64,000 bases of DNA from contig CAYGKG010000004.1 in the NCBI GenBank assembly GCA_964350495.1, positions 1,900 through 65,899 on the forward strand. The letters are read 5' to 3'. Shown here in pieces: positions 28,643-38,512 of the stretch; positions within the stretch are counted from its first letter, which is position 1; each line of letters starts with the position of its first letter. The notes under the pieces were generated by a model. That model was not told the DNA's origin. It saw only the letters and a list, made by a program, of their open reading frames with translations, and ran no database searches. A program made the position numbers and the translations under genes. This DNA is from an uncultured Alphaproteobacteria bacterium. Its GTDB lineage: Bacteria; Pseudomonadota; Alphaproteobacteria; SHVP01.

Positions 28643-31174
28643 TCAAGATTGGGTAACGCGACGGTCGTTCCGCTTTGGCCCTTGGGCTCCGGACTTGCCG
28701 GGGTAGAGTTCTCGGAGGATCGCAAAGGGCGAGGGGGCTGGCGCCGCCTGGGTCGATTTTCGATTGCGGTTCTCGCGCCGACGACCCGGCGACGGCGCCA
28801 GCGAGAAAAGTCCCGCGGTCGCCCTGGATTGCCGGTACCCGACAAATTCCATGGCCCACGGGAAATCGCTGCGGGGGAATCCTACGAGGGACAGAAGTTG
28901 AGGGCTTTCGCGGACGCTCGGACCAATATCCGCTAGCGCCCGGGCGAGGCGTTCGAGCGCGTCGACACGGACGGCGCGATTATGGAGGCGCCAGTAGCCA
29001 CATGCTTTGAGCAGCTCGTCGTCAGCACCTCGGAGCGCTTCGAACGACACTCTCCCGGCCGGCAGGTCTGGGACCGTCCGACCGTGGAAAGCGCATGAAA
29101 GTTCCAGTGTCAGGGCGGTGCGCTTCTGTTTCAGCATTGACGGCAGGAAGACGAAGTGGCGCCCCAATGTTATCCCGAGACCTTTGAGTTGCTTTTTCTC
29201 GAGCGGCGACAAGTCTGCGAGCAAATCCGCGATTTCCGTTGCGCGAACGAACCCGAAGCTTTCGACGAGTTGATAGGCCAAGCCACGGCACGCCCCTTTG
29301 AAGTCGATCCGGTCGAGTTGAATCAACGGCGCAAGAACGGTCGAGATGTATTGGCCTAGCCATTGCGCAATCCGCGCCTGGACAAGCGATCGACGGTGGC
29401 CGTCGAGCGTGGCGTCATCGTCAACAAGGTCGATCGAGGGGCGAAGCGGGTGGTCGCCGCGGATGAGACGCGCGATCAACGCACCACGCCACCAAATGCC
29501 GCTGGCTTTGAGATCGAAGGGATCGGCATCGTCGGACAGGATCGCTCCTGCGCGCCGCTCTACTTCTGACCGGAGTTCGCGGCGAATCGCTTTGCCATCG
29601 GCGGCCGTTAGGCTGACGGACGGCGAGAATTTCAATCCTTGCAGTCGGCCGACGACGGCGCCGTCGACGGCGACCACATCGTCTGGGTCCACGCGGACCG
29701 CAAGCGTGCCCGCCTCGCGAAGCCGGCGCAGGGTGGCGACATGGTGACGATCGACAAACCGCTGGGTCAGTCGTGCATGCAGAGCATCGGATAAGCGGTC
29801 CTCGACCGCGATGGCGCGCGCCCGCCAATGCCCTGCGTTTTCGATCCAATCTCGTTGGTGGGCGACGTAGGTCCAGGTCCGGATATGGGCGAGGCGGGCT
29901 TGCAGCGTGTCGATATCTCCGGCCGTACGGTCGAGACGTTCGACGTTGCGAGCGAGCAAGTCGTCGGGCAGGCGGCGCGAAGTGCCGGCGAGATAGCGAA
30001 AAATCTGGCCAAGCAAGTTGGCATGGGATTCGTGCAGCATCTGCTGAAAATCGGGAACGGTGCAGACCTGCCATAACAGAGAGACATTGGTGGGCGAGCG
30101 CGCTGCTTGGGCGATATCTGGCTCGCGGTAAAGGCTACGCAAGGTTTGGATGTCGGACGCTTCATGGGCCGGGCGCAGGAAGTTCTTGCGCGGTGGCGCC
30201 TCGAGACTCGTGATCAGTCCCGGAACGGACGAGAAGTCGAGGCTGGCGTTACGATACCGAAGCTGGGTTAGTGCGGGAAAGCTGTGCGACTCGATCGCAT
30301 TCACCAAATCGTCTTCGAAGGGTTCGGCTTCCCCGGTCGTGCCGAAGGTGCCGGGGTTTAGGTACCGTCCGGCGCGACCGGCAACCTGTGCGACCTCTGC
30401 CGTGGTTAGCCGCCGTTCGATTTGTCCGTCGAACTTGTGGCGCGCCGCAAATGCGACATGATCGATACCAAGGTTGAGGCCCATACCAACGGCATCGGTG
30501 GCGACAAGATAGTCTACTTCCCCGGCTTCAAACATGGCGACCTGGGCGTTTCGGGTGCGCGGACTCAGCGCCCCCATGACAACGGCGGCGCCGCCTTTCT
30601 GGCGGCGCAGGACTTCGGCGATCGCGTATACGTCCTCTGCGCGATAGGCGATGACCGCAGACCGTCTGGGCAACCGGGAAAGTTTGTGATGCCCGACGAA
30701 GCTGAGGCGAGAGAGCCGCGGTCGACCATCGACCCGAGCTCCTGGAATTAGGCGCTTAAGGAGCGGGCGAATGGTATCTGCACCGAGGAACATTGTCTCG
30801 TGAGTGCCTCGCGCTGAAATTAGGCGATCGGTAAACGTGTGCCCGCGGTCCGGATCGGCCGCTAGCTGGATTTCGTCGACTGCTAGGAACTCCACAGGGA
30901 CTGACGTCGGCATGGCTTCGACGGTGCACACCCAAAAGCGGGGCGCGCGCGGTACTAGGCGTTCTTCGCCGGTCACTAGGGCGACGTGATCGCCCCCGAT
31001 CTGACTAACAACGCGGTCGAAGACCTCGCGGGCGAGAAGCCGGAGCGGCAGTCCGATCATGCCGGTGCGGTGGGCGAGCATCCGCTCGACCGCCAGGTGG
31101 GTTTTCCCGGTATTTGTCGGCCCGAGGACGGCGACCACCGGTGCAGGGGTTTCAAGGTCTATGGGCCGCGTCAT
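28643..31174 (-). CDS. SF2 ATP-dependent helicase, Suv3-like ("helicase-related protein")
   Basis: The Walker A motif GPTNTGKTH matches the Suv3-type GPTNSGKT. A DEIQ (DExx) box and further helicase motifs (VATDAVGMGLNL, QVAGRAGR) are present, followed by a long C-terminal extension. Confidence 0.7.
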   Translation of the reverse strand: MTRPIDLETPAPVVAVLGPTNTGKTHLAVERMLAHRTGMIGLPLRLLAREVFDRVVSQIGGDHVALVTGEERLVPRAPRFWVCTVEAMPTSVPVEFLAVDEIQLAADPDRGHTFTDRLISARGTHETMFLGADTIRPLLKRLIPGARVDGRPRLSRLSFVGHHKLSRLPRRSAVIAYRAEDVYAIAEVLRRQKGGAAVVMGALSPRTRNAQVAMFEAGEVDYLVATDAVGMGLNLGIDHVAFAARHKFDGQIERRLTTAEVAQVAGRAGRYLNPGTFGTTGEAEPFEDDLVNAIESHSFPALTQLRYRNASLDFSSVPGLITSLEAPPRKNFLRPAHEASDIQTLRSLYREPDIAQAARSPTNVSLLWQVCTVPDFQQMLHESHANLLGQIFRYLAGTSRRLPDDLLARNVERLDRTAGDIDTLQARLAHIRTWTYVAHQRDWIENAGHWRARAIAVEDRLSDALHARLTQRFVDRHHVATLRRLREAGTLAVRVDPDDVVAVDGAVVGRLQGLKFSPSVSLTAADGKAIRRELRSEVERRAGAILSDDADPFDLKASGIWWRGALIARLIRGDHPLRPSIDLVDDDATLDGHRRSLVQARIAQWLGQYISTVLAPLIQLDRIDFKGACRGLAYQLVESFGFVRATEIADLLADLSPLEKKQLKGLGITLGRHFVFLPSMLKQKRTALTLELSCAFHGRTVPDLPAGRVSFEALRGADDELLKACGYWRLHNRAVRVDALERLARALADIGPSVRESPQLLSLVGFPRSDFPWAMEFVGYRQSRATAGLFSLAPSPGRRRENRNRKSTQAAPAPSPFAILRELYPGKSGAQGPKRNDRRVTQS

Positions 31175-31342
31175 GCCCCCACCAGACCAGATCGCCGCCT
31201 ACCTCGACAAGGGGGCAACAAATCGCTTGTGCTCTGCCCTGGATTGGCCTTATGGGCGGTACGTGACATCGCTCGATGGTGCCATCCCTGGCCGCAGCCG
31301 CCGGCCGGTCGCCAAATAGGCAAGATACGGTAAGCTAGGAAA

Positions 31343-33250
31343 ATGAGAGAACCCCTCAACCCGCCGACCGGACGAACCCTTGGTCCGGTCTCCGATCTCG
31401 AACGCCACCTTCCGTCGGACTGGTGGCAGACCCTCTTTAATTCGCTCTACCTCAAGACCGATGGCGATGTCGTGGAGAACGCGGCCAACACCAAGACCGA
31501 CATCGATTTGGTGCTCAAGAGCGTGGGTCTCGAGCCGAACGACCACGTACTGGACCTCTGTTGCGGACAAGGACGGCACAGTCTTGAACTGGCTCGGCGC
31601 GGTTTCCGGCATGTCACCGGCGTGGACCGGTCGCGCTACCTAGTGCGGCTCGCGCGGACGCGCGCGCGCAAGGAAGGGTTGAATGCGGCGTTTCGCGAAG
31701 GCGATGCGCGCACCGTTCGACTGAAAGCGGCGTCGTTCCACTGCGTCATCATGATGGGGAACTCCTTCGGCTATTTTGACCGGGAGGAAGACGACGCGGC
31801 CGTTCTTGAAACGGCGAAGAAAGCGCTGGTCTCGCGTGGCACCCTTGTGATGGACATCGCCGACGGCGAATGGATGAAGGACCGTTTCGAGCGGCGTTCT
31901 TGGGAGTGGGTCGACCAGAATCACTTCGTTTGCAGGGAGCGCAATCTGGCGCGCGACGGTAGGCGCCTGATCTCGCGCGAAGTTGTGGTCCACGCCGAGC
32001 GTGGCGTATTGGCCGACCAGTTCTATTCCGAACGCCTGTATACGCGCAAAGAGATTCAGGAACTGATGGAGTCGGTTGGCTTCACGCAAGTTCGTTTCCA
32101 CGCTGAGGTGCAAAGCGATTCGTCCCGGAACCAAGACCTCGGGATGATGGCGCATCGCTTGTTTCTCACGTCCGAGGCACCAGCGAAGTCGACCGTGACT
32201 CGAAAGCGCGAGGTTCCCTTCCCCGAGGTGACCGTTCTGATGGGCGATCCGCGGTTGCCCGACAGCGTAAAACTGGGTGGACAATTCAATCCCGAGGACT
32301 TGGACACGATCGAACGCTTGAAAGAAGCCCTTGGCGAGATGGAGGGCGTCTCCTTCAAGTATCTCGACAACCATCAGTCGCTCTGGACGGAGTTGCGGAC
32401 GAACCAGCCAAGTTTCGTCCTCAATCTGTGCGACGAAGGATTCAATAACGACGCGTTTCTCGAGCTGCACGTTCCGGCGATGTTGGAAATCCTCGGTGTG
32501 CCCTATTCCGGGGCGGCACCGGCAGCTCTGGGGTTGTGCTACGACAAGTCGTTGGTCCGCGCCGTCGCGCAGTCTCTCGACGTCCCAGTCCCGTCGGAGA
32601 CGTTCTTCGATCCCAGCGATCAGGCCGCGACGCTCCCCGGCATTTTCCCCGCGATGATCAAGCCGAATTTTGGCGATTCCAGTATCGGTATTACGAAGAA
32701 CGCGGTCGTCCGAACTCCGGAAGAGGCAATCAACTACATCAACGAGCTGCGTGAGCTCCTACCGAATCGGCCCTTGCTCGTCCAAGAGTACCTGGAGGGT
32801 GCCGAATACTCGGTTGGCGTCATTGGCAATCCCGGCTTCGACTTCCACGTCATGCCGGTACTGGAAGTCGACTATACCGGCCTGGACGCGGGGTTGCCGA
32901 AGATCTTGGGCTACGAGTCGAAGTGGGATCCGTCCTCGGCGTACTGGACTCAGATCAAGTACAAAGAAGCGGTGCTGTCGGAGGAGGATCGGCGACTTCT
33001 CGCCGACAATTCGCGTGCGTTGTTCGATCGGCTCGGCTGCCGCGACTACGCGCGCTTCGACTTCCGGGCGGATGCGGCGGGACGAATCAAGCTGCTTGAG
33101 GTCAATCCGAACCCCGGTTGGTCGTGGGATGCGAAGATGAACATCATGGCGGGGTTCGAAGGCTTGAGGTACTCGGACCTGCTTCGGATGATTGTCGAAG
33201 CCGCGCAGGCGCGTGTTGCGGCGCAGCGGGGGTCGGTTCCCGCAACCTAG
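31343..33250 (+). CDS. Fusion protein: N-terminal class I SAM-dependent methyltransferase + C-terminal D-Ala-D-Ala-ligase-like ATP-grasp domain
   Basis: N-terminal SAM-binding motif I VLDLCCGQGRHSLELARRG, with post-I acidic residue and motif II (FHCVIMMGNSFGYF). C-terminal ATP-grasp elements include MIKPNFGDSSIGI, LVQEYLEGAEYSVGVIGNPG and the LLEVNPNPGWSWDAKMN Mg/ATP loop typical of Ddl-like ligases. Confidence 0.8.
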   Translation: MREPLNPPTGRTLGPVSDLERHLPSDWWQTLFNSLYLKTDGDVVENAANTKTDIDLVLKSVGLEPNDHVLDLCCGQGRHSLELARRGFRHVTGVDRSRYLVRLARTRARKEGLNAAFREGDARTVRLKAASFHCVIMMGNSFGYFDREEDDAAVLETAKKALVSRGTLVMDIADGEWMKDRFERRSWEWVDQNHFVCRERNLARDGRRLISREVVVHAERGVLADQFYSERLYTRKEIQELMESVGFTQVRFHAEVQSDSSRNQDLGMMAHRLFLTSEAPAKSTVTRKREVPFPEVTVLMGDPRLPDSVKLGGQFNPEDLDTIERLKEALGEMEGVSFKYLDNHQSLWTELRTNQPSFVLNLCDEGFNNDAFLELHVPAMLEILGVPYSGAAPAALGLCYDKSLVRAVAQSLDVPVPSETFFDPSDQAATLPGIFPAMIKPNFGDSSIGITKNAVVRTPEEAINYINELRELLPNRPLLVQEYLEGAEYSVGVIGNPGFDFHVMPVLEVDYTGLDAGLPKILGYESKWDPSSAYWTQIKYKEAVLSEEDRRLLADNSRALFDRLGCRDYARFDFRADAAGRIKLLEVNPNPGWSWDAKMNIMAGFEGLRYSDLLRMIVEAAQARVAAQRGSVPAT

Positions 33251-33314
33251 CCGGTTTGACACCCGCGCCGCTGGTTTCTCATACTGATTTCGCACCTGCG
33301 AAAAAGAGAGATCG

Positions 33315-35456
33315 ATGGCAAAGTTTGGGACGCCGACGCTGGCCGAATGGCAGGCCCTGGCTGAAAAAGAACTCAAGGACGAATCGTTAGACGGGTTGGT
33401 TTGGCACACGCCCGAAGGGATCGCCGTCAAACCGCTCTACACCGAGGCTGACACCACGGACCGTGCCGCCGGTCTTCCCGGGTTCGCGCCCTATTTGAGA
33501 GGGCCGCGGGCGACGATGTACGCGAACCGTCCGTGGACCATTCGGCAATATGCCGGGTTTTCAACCGCCGACGAGTCCAACGCCTTTTACCGGCGGGCCC
33601 TGGCAGCCGGGCAAATGGGGCTGTCGGTCGCCTTCGATTTGGCGACCCACCGCGGGTATGACTCCGACCATCCGCGGGTCGAGGGCGACGTCGGCAAAGC
33701 CGGGGTCGCGATTGATTCGGTCGAAGACATGAAGGCCCTCTTCGATGGCATCCCGCTGGATCGGGTCAGCGTCTCCATGACGATGAATGGCGCGGTGCTG
33801 CCGGTGCTCGCGGGCTATATCGTTGCGGCCGAAGAACAGGGCGTATCGGCCGAGGAGCTCTCTGGCACGATCCAGAACGACATTCTCAAAGAATTCATGG
33901 TGCGCAACACCTACATCTACCCGCCGGAAGCGTCGATGCGGATTGTTGCCGACATCATCGGCTACACGGCACGCGAGATGCCGCGGTTCAACTCGATATC
34001 GATATCCGGCTATCACATGCAAGAAGCGGGGGCGACGCTGGTTCAGGAGCTTGCGTACACGCTTGCCGACGGGTTGGAGTACGTCAAAGCGGCGATCGCG
34101 ACCGGTCTTGACGTCGATTCTTTTGCGCCCCGGTTGTCGTTTTTCTTTTGCATCGGCATGAATTTTTTCATGGAGGTTGCAAAACTAAGGGCGGCTAGGT
34201 TGCTGTGGGCCGAGCTGATGCAGGAATTCGGTCCGAAGGACGTTCGATCCCTGTCGTTGCGGACTCATTGCCAAACCTCCGGTGTCTCGCTGACCGAACA
34301 GGACCCGCACAACAACGTCGTGCGAACCGCCTATGAAGCGATGGCGGCGGTTCTGGGCGGGACACAGAGCCTCCATACGAATGCCTTCGACGAAGCGCTT
34401 GCGTTGCCCTCAGAGCTTTCGGCCCGGATTGCCCGCAACACCCAGCTCATTCTCGCCGAGGAAACCGGCATTACACATGTAGTCGACCCCCTTGGCGGGT
34501 CTTACTACGTCGAGGCGCTTACCGACTCGCTGGTCCATGAGGCTCGGGCGTTGATCGATGAAGTCCAAAAACTCGGTGGAATGACCAAAGCGGTCGCCCA
34601 GGGCTTGCCAAAACTGCGAATCGAGGAGTCCGCAGCCAAAAAGCAGGCGCGCATCGATCGCGGTGAAGAAGTGATTGTCGGTGTCAATAAGTACCGGCTC
34701 GATAAAGCGGAGGAAATCGATTTGCTGGAGGTCGACAATCAGCGTGTGCGGCTACAGCAGATCGAAAGACTGAACGCGATCAAAAACAGCCGCAATGCGG
34801 CACAAGTCGACGCCACGTTGGAGGCGCTGCGCGCCGGCGCACGGGGTGACGGTAATCTTCTTGCCCTCAGTGTCGAAGCCATACGCGCCCGGGCGACGGT
34901 CGGCGAAGTTTCTTCTGCACTTGAAGATGTGTTCGGGCGTCACCGCGCGCAGACGATGGCGGTTTCCGGCGTGTACGGCGACGCCTTTGTCGATGACGAA
35001 GGGTTTTCACAAACACGCGAGGCGGTCGAACGCTTTGCCACCCGAGAAGGCAGGCGCCCTCGAATTCTGGTCGCGAAATTGGGGCAAGACGGCCATGACC
35101 GGGGCGCCAAGGTTATCGCGACCGCCCTAGCCGATATCGGTTTCGACGTCGATATCGGCCCTCTATTTGCGACGCCCAACGAAGCTGCGAAACAAGCGGT
35201 CGAGAACGACGTCCACGTTATCGGCATTTCCTCGCAGGCAGCGGGGCACAAAACGCTGGTTCCGCAATTGGTCGCTGCGCTGAAGGAAGAGGGCGCCGGG
35301 GATATCGTTGTGGTGGTCGGCGGGATTATTCCGCCCAAGGACTACGACTTCCTCTATAAAGCCGGCGTTGGGGCTATTTTTGGCCCGGGTAGCAATATCG
35401 TTGCCGCAGCAGATCGAATCCTCACGCTCCTCGGCGATAACCGGGCCGCGGCTTAA
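33315..35456 (+). CDS. scpA: Methylmalonyl-CoA mutase, large (catalytic alpha) subunit with C-terminal B12-binding domain
   Basis: Characteristic N-terminus [43 protein letters not shown]. The TIM-barrel substrate-binding region follows. The C-terminal Rossmann B12 domain carries DxHxxG ([11 protein letters not shown]). Confidence 0.9.
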   Translation: MAKFGTPTLAEWQALAEKELKDESLDGLVWHTPEGIAVKPLYTEADTTDRAAGLPGFAPYLRGPRATMYANRPWTIRQYAGFSTADESNAFYRRALAAGQMGLSVAFDLATHRGYDSDHPRVEGDVGKAGVAIDSVEDMKALFDGIPLDRVSVSMTMNGAVLPVLAGYIVAAEEQGVSAEELSGTIQNDILKEFMVRNTYIYPPEASMRIVADIIGYTAREMPRFNSISISGYHMQEAGATLVQELAYTLADGLEYVKAAIATGLDVDSFAPRLSFFFCIGMNFFMEVAKLRAARLLWAELMQEFGPKDVRSLSLRTHCQTSGVSLTEQDPHNNVVRTAYEAMAAVLGGTQSLHTNAFDEALALPSELSARIARNTQLILAEETGITHVVDPLGGSYYVEALTDSLVHEARALIDEVQKLGGMTKAVAQGLPKLRIEESAAKKQARIDRGEEVIVGVNKYRLDKAEEIDLLEVDNQRVRLQQIERLNAIKNSRNAAQVDATLEALRAGARGDGNLLALSVEAIRARATVGEVSSALEDVFGRHRAQTMAVSGVYGDAFVDDEGFSQTREAVERFATREGRRPRILVAKLGQDGHDRGAKVIATALADIGFDVDIGPLFATPNEAAKQAVENDVHVIGISSQAAGHKTLVPQLVAALKEEGAGDIVVVVGGIIPPKDYDFLYKAGVGAIFGPGSNIVAAADRILTLLGDNRAAA

Positions 35457-35469
35457 TGGCGCGGTTGTT

Positions 35470-35874
35470 CTAGGGTTTATCGTCTTGCGCTCGCCGTGCG
35501 GCGGTCCGCACGACTCGTGTCCGATTGACCTGGGTCGCCCGCGCGCCGTTCTCGGGCGCTGCGCCCGCTGATGTCGCCGATGGCCATGGGGACATGGGCC
35601 AAGGCCGCAGTTCCGAGCCAAAGGTCTCGAAAGCGGCGACCTGCCGAAAATAGTGGCCAAGGCCCGTGCCAAAGGCGGCAAGGCGTGGCACGGAACGCCC
35701 CGAAATCAACTTGAACCCAAGTTGGATTAAGACGACCGCCGCGCCAACCCAGATCGCAAGATAAAACGCGACGGCATAGAGCAGCATGAAGACCACGCGA
35801 ACCCAGACCTCTGAGTTCGTTAGGTTGCCGGCGATTTCATTGTCTCGGTCGGCCATCGGTATCCTAGTCGCCAA
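35470..35874 (-). CDS. Small membrane protein of unknown function
   Basis: 134 aa with two hydrophobic helices (VWVRVVFMLLYAVAFYLAIWVGAAVVLIQLGF). It is convergent with the mutase gene and has coding-like composition. Confidence 0.45.
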   Translation of the reverse strand: MATRIPMADRDNEIAGNLTNSEVWVRVVFMLLYAVAFYLAIWVGAAVVLIQLGFKLISGRSVPRLAAFGTGLGHYFRQVAAFETFGSELRPWPMSPWPSATSAGAAPENGARATQVNRTRVVRTAARRAQDDKP

Positions 35875-36012
35875 ATTTCTCGGATGTTAACGGGTCGTTT
35901 AGCGGACGTTGCCATGATTCCAGGGCATTGAACAACGCCCAGCCGTCACTGTAACGCCAGATTTGGGCGACGTAGGGGATTCTGGTCTATCATGGCGTTC
36001 AGGTGAATACGT

Positions 36013-37224
36013 ATGGCAAGAGTTCCCGTTAGGCGGGCACGCGGAGACGCGCCGACGATCGCCGATCCGCCCTGGGTCGACGATGTGCGGCCGTCGGACG
36101 ATCCGCCGCCGCCGATTGAGCCCGACTGGGCGCGCGCAGTCCGTCCTTCGGACGGTGCCGCCTCTGAACCCTTCGAGCCCGATTGGGCTCAAGACCGCCC
36201 CGAGGACCGCCGGGCGCCAAGACCGATCGACCCGCCCTGGGCCGCTGAATCGGCTACCGATCGTGAGGACACCCTGCGGGCCGCCTTAGCTGAGGCTGCG
36301 CCGCCAGATCCGCCTTGGGCGCGCGCCGCCGCTAGACCGCGGCAGACAAAGCCGATTGACCCCCCTTGGGTCGAAGACAATCGCCCCACCAACGATCCAT
36401 TGCCGCCGATCGAGCCCGGTTGGGCGGCCGCGACGGCGGACACCGATGACGAGGCGCGCCAACCCGCCGATCCGCCGTGGGCGAACGCCGCCCCCGTTCG
36501 GGCGCCGGTGATCCTGCGTGGGCCGATCGATCCGCCCTGGGTCCCGGACGCCATTTCCGAAGCCCTCGACGCCAAAGAGGAAGCAGCGCGGGCTGCCTTC
36601 GAGCCGGCTTGGGCGGCCAACCCGGCGGTTCGGGTTCGTCGCGGCCCGCTTGCCCCGGTGGAGCCGTCATGGGCCACCGCCGGCGCGACGCCGGCGCCAG
36701 AACCTGCAGGGTTGTTTGATCCGGGGTGGGAGCGCAATCCGTCGCTCGCTTCCCTTCGACCGTCGCCGATCGAGCCCGATTGGGCGTCCGAAAGCAGCGA
36801 GGCGCGCGACGATCAAGCGATCGAGCTGTTCGACCCCGACTGGGAGGAGGCCGGATCCCTTCGGACGGCTGATACGTTGCCGCCGATGGAGCCCAGCTGG
36901 GCTGTCGAGACGCGCAGCGAGGTCGAGCAAGCGAGATCGGACCCGTTCGATTCGCGATATGAGGAGAATACCATTTCGTTGCCCGACAAGACCATCGTCC
37001 GGAGAGGTGCACGGCGGTTGAAGGACCTTGCATCGCAGGTGTCGTTGAATCCGTTTGGCCGCGCCAAGCGAAAGAGCGAGGCGCGCGCGCTCGACCGCCA
37101 AAAACTCATTGCCGAAGCGATGCGGATTCGTAGCGAGACCCGTGAGGCCCTCGGCGAGGATACAGTCAATGCACTGTACCGCGGCATTATGGGGACCGAT
37201 CCTCCGGCAGGCGAGAACCGCTGA
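36013..37224 (+). CDS. Acidic Pro/Trp-rich tandem-repeat protein (about 16 copies of an [I/F]-[DE]-P-x-W-[AEV] motif), unknown function
   Basis: The translation shows a ~20-residue periodicity: IADPPWV..IEPDWA..EPDWA..IDPPWA..DPPWA..IDPPWV..IEPGWA..DPPWA..IDPPWV..EPAWA..EPSWA..DPGWE..IEPDWA..DPDWE..EPSWA. It ends in a basic C-terminal segment. The gene sits between the mutase and meaB. Confidence 0.65.
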   Translation: MARVPVRRARGDAPTIADPPWVDDVRPSDDPPPPIEPDWARAVRPSDGAASEPFEPDWAQDRPEDRRAPRPIDPPWAAESATDREDTLRAALAEAAPPDPPWARAAARPRQTKPIDPPWVEDNRPTNDPLPPIEPGWAAATADTDDEARQPADPPWANAAPVRAPVILRGPIDPPWVPDAISEALDAKEEAARAAFEPAWAANPAVRVRRGPLAPVEPSWATAGATPAPEPAGLFDPGWERNPSLASLRPSPIEPDWASESSEARDDQAIELFDPDWEEAGSLRTADTLPPMEPSWAVETRSEVEQARSDPFDSRYEENTISLPDKTIVRRGARRLKDLASQVSLNPFGRAKRKSEARALDRQKLIAEAMRIRSETREALGEDTVNALYRGIMGTDPPAGENR

Positions 37225-37312
37225 CGCCCATGCGGCCTGACGTTACCGAGCTGGTCAAACCGGAAAGTAGAGTGTCGCACTATTTCAATTGGACGTGGCG
37301 TCGAGCGACCCC

Positions 37313-38350
37313 ATGAACGCGCCTAACCATACGGGCGATGACGCGCTCAGGTCGTCGATCCTGGCCGGCGATCGACGCGGCCTCGCGCGTGGGATCACGC
37401 TGATCGAATCGGATCGGCCCGACCATCAGTCGCGCGCCGAAAACCTGATCACGTCGCTATTGCCCCAAACCGGTCGCGCGACGCGGCTGGGAGTTTCCGG
37501 CGCGCCAGGTGCAGGGAAGTCGACCTTCGTCGAAGCGTTCGGCATGCATGTCGTGACTGCCGGCCATCGGGTAGCGGTCCTCGCGATCGATCCCTCCAGC
37601 CGCCTATCGGGCGGTGCGATCCTGGGCGACAAGACCAGAATGGACGAGCTAAGCAGGCACCCTGCGGCTTTCGTCAGGCCGTCCGCGGCCGGTCGAACGT
37701 TGGGTGGGGTTGCCCGCCGCACCCGCGAGGCGGTCCTTCTTTGCGAAGCCGCGGGTTATGACATCGTGATCGTAGAAACGGTGGGCGTCGGCCAATCGGA
37801 AGCGACCGTCGCAGACATGGTCGATCTGTTCCTTCTCCTCATCGCCCCGGGCGGTGGGGACGAGCTTCAAGGGATCAAGCGCGGAATCGTGGAACTGGTC
37901 GATTTGATCGTCGTTAATAAGTGCGACGGCGATCTTGTCCCGGCCGCGGGGCGAATTGCCGCTGACTACGCCGGCGCCCTGGGACTCCTACGGGCGCAGT
38001 CGCAGCACTGGAAACCGGAGGTCGTCCAATGTTCGGCGTTGGAGCGTAAGGGAATTGACGACGTTTGGCGCACGGTCGAACGGTGCGCCGAAACGCTGCG
38101 CAGCGCAGGCGATTTTTCCCGGCGGCGGAAGCGTCAACTTACCGACTGGTTTTGGCAGGAGATCACCGGCGGGGTCATGGACGCATTGCGGCGCGACGAC
38201 GCGGCCAACGCGGTTGCCAAGCGGCTCGAACAAGACGTGATTGCCCGAAATCTGTTGCCCCCGGCCGCCGCCCGTCAGGTAAGGGACACCTTTTTTCGGC
38301 CCGCCGCGGTCGCCCACGACGACGCCAAAACTGGCCGTTCGCCGGGATAG
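37313..38350 (+). CDS. meaB: Methylmalonyl-CoA mutase-associated G-protein chaperone (MeaB/ArgK)
   Basis: P-loop GVSGAPGAGKSTFVEAFG, switch regions, and the NKxD motif VVNKCD. Start is assigned to MNAPNHT. Confidence 0.9.
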   Translation: MNAPNHTGDDALRSSILAGDRRGLARGITLIESDRPDHQSRAENLITSLLPQTGRATRLGVSGAPGAGKSTFVEAFGMHVVTAGHRVAVLAIDPSSRLSGGAILGDKTRMDELSRHPAAFVRPSAAGRTLGGVARRTREAVLLCEAAGYDIVIVETVGVGQSEATVADMVDLFLLLIAPGGGDELQGIKRGIVELVDLIVVNKCDGDLVPAAGRIAADYAGALGLLRAQSQHWKPEVVQCSALERKGIDDVWRTVERCAETLRSAGDFSRRRKRQLTDWFWQEITGGVMDALRRDDAANAVAKRLEQDVIARNLLPPAAARQVRDTFFRPAAVAHDDAKTGRSPG

Positions 38351-38483
38351 CCCCTTGCTGGATAGGGAGGACTCCTGCTTTGACGTATCGTGGCGCTGCA
38401 AACTAAGCGTTTGATTTTAAAAGAATATGTTGCCAATTTGGGGGCGCGGTGCGGTCGAGGAGACTAAGCCGGCGCAAGGTACC

Positions 38484-38512
38484 TTGACGCTGCTGGTTCA
38501 GGGAACTAAACA
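38484..38512 (+). promoter_or_regulatory. Putative sigma-70-type promoter of rpmB (TTGACG-17 nt-CTAAAC)
   Basis: A -35/-10-like pair with 17-nt spacing lies about 45 nt upstream of the rpmB start. This is a sequence-pattern inference only. Confidence 0.3.

Noticed and set aside
36189-37101. Several 140-230-aa ORFs on the minus strand antisense to the Trp/Pro repeat gene.
   Set aside because: Their translations are Arg/Ala/Gly/Pro low-complexity and overlap each other in different frames. The plus-strand frame shows the ordered periodic motif and has the correct operon context.
36013-37224. Whether the periodic DNA repeats in this region could be a CRISPR array or other noncoding repeat array.
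   Set aside because: Repeat units are imperfect, with no constant spacer/repeat structure. They maintain a single open reading frame with amino-acid-level motif conservation (xDPxW) and sit within an operon. No cas genes are nearby.
36013-37224. Resemblance of the repeated DPW/DPF-like motifs to eukaryotic endocytic adaptor-binding motifs (epsin/Eps15).
   Set aside because: This is a superficial short-motif similarity only. There is no eukaryotic-like domain context, and the genome is bacterial. It was not used for the functional call.
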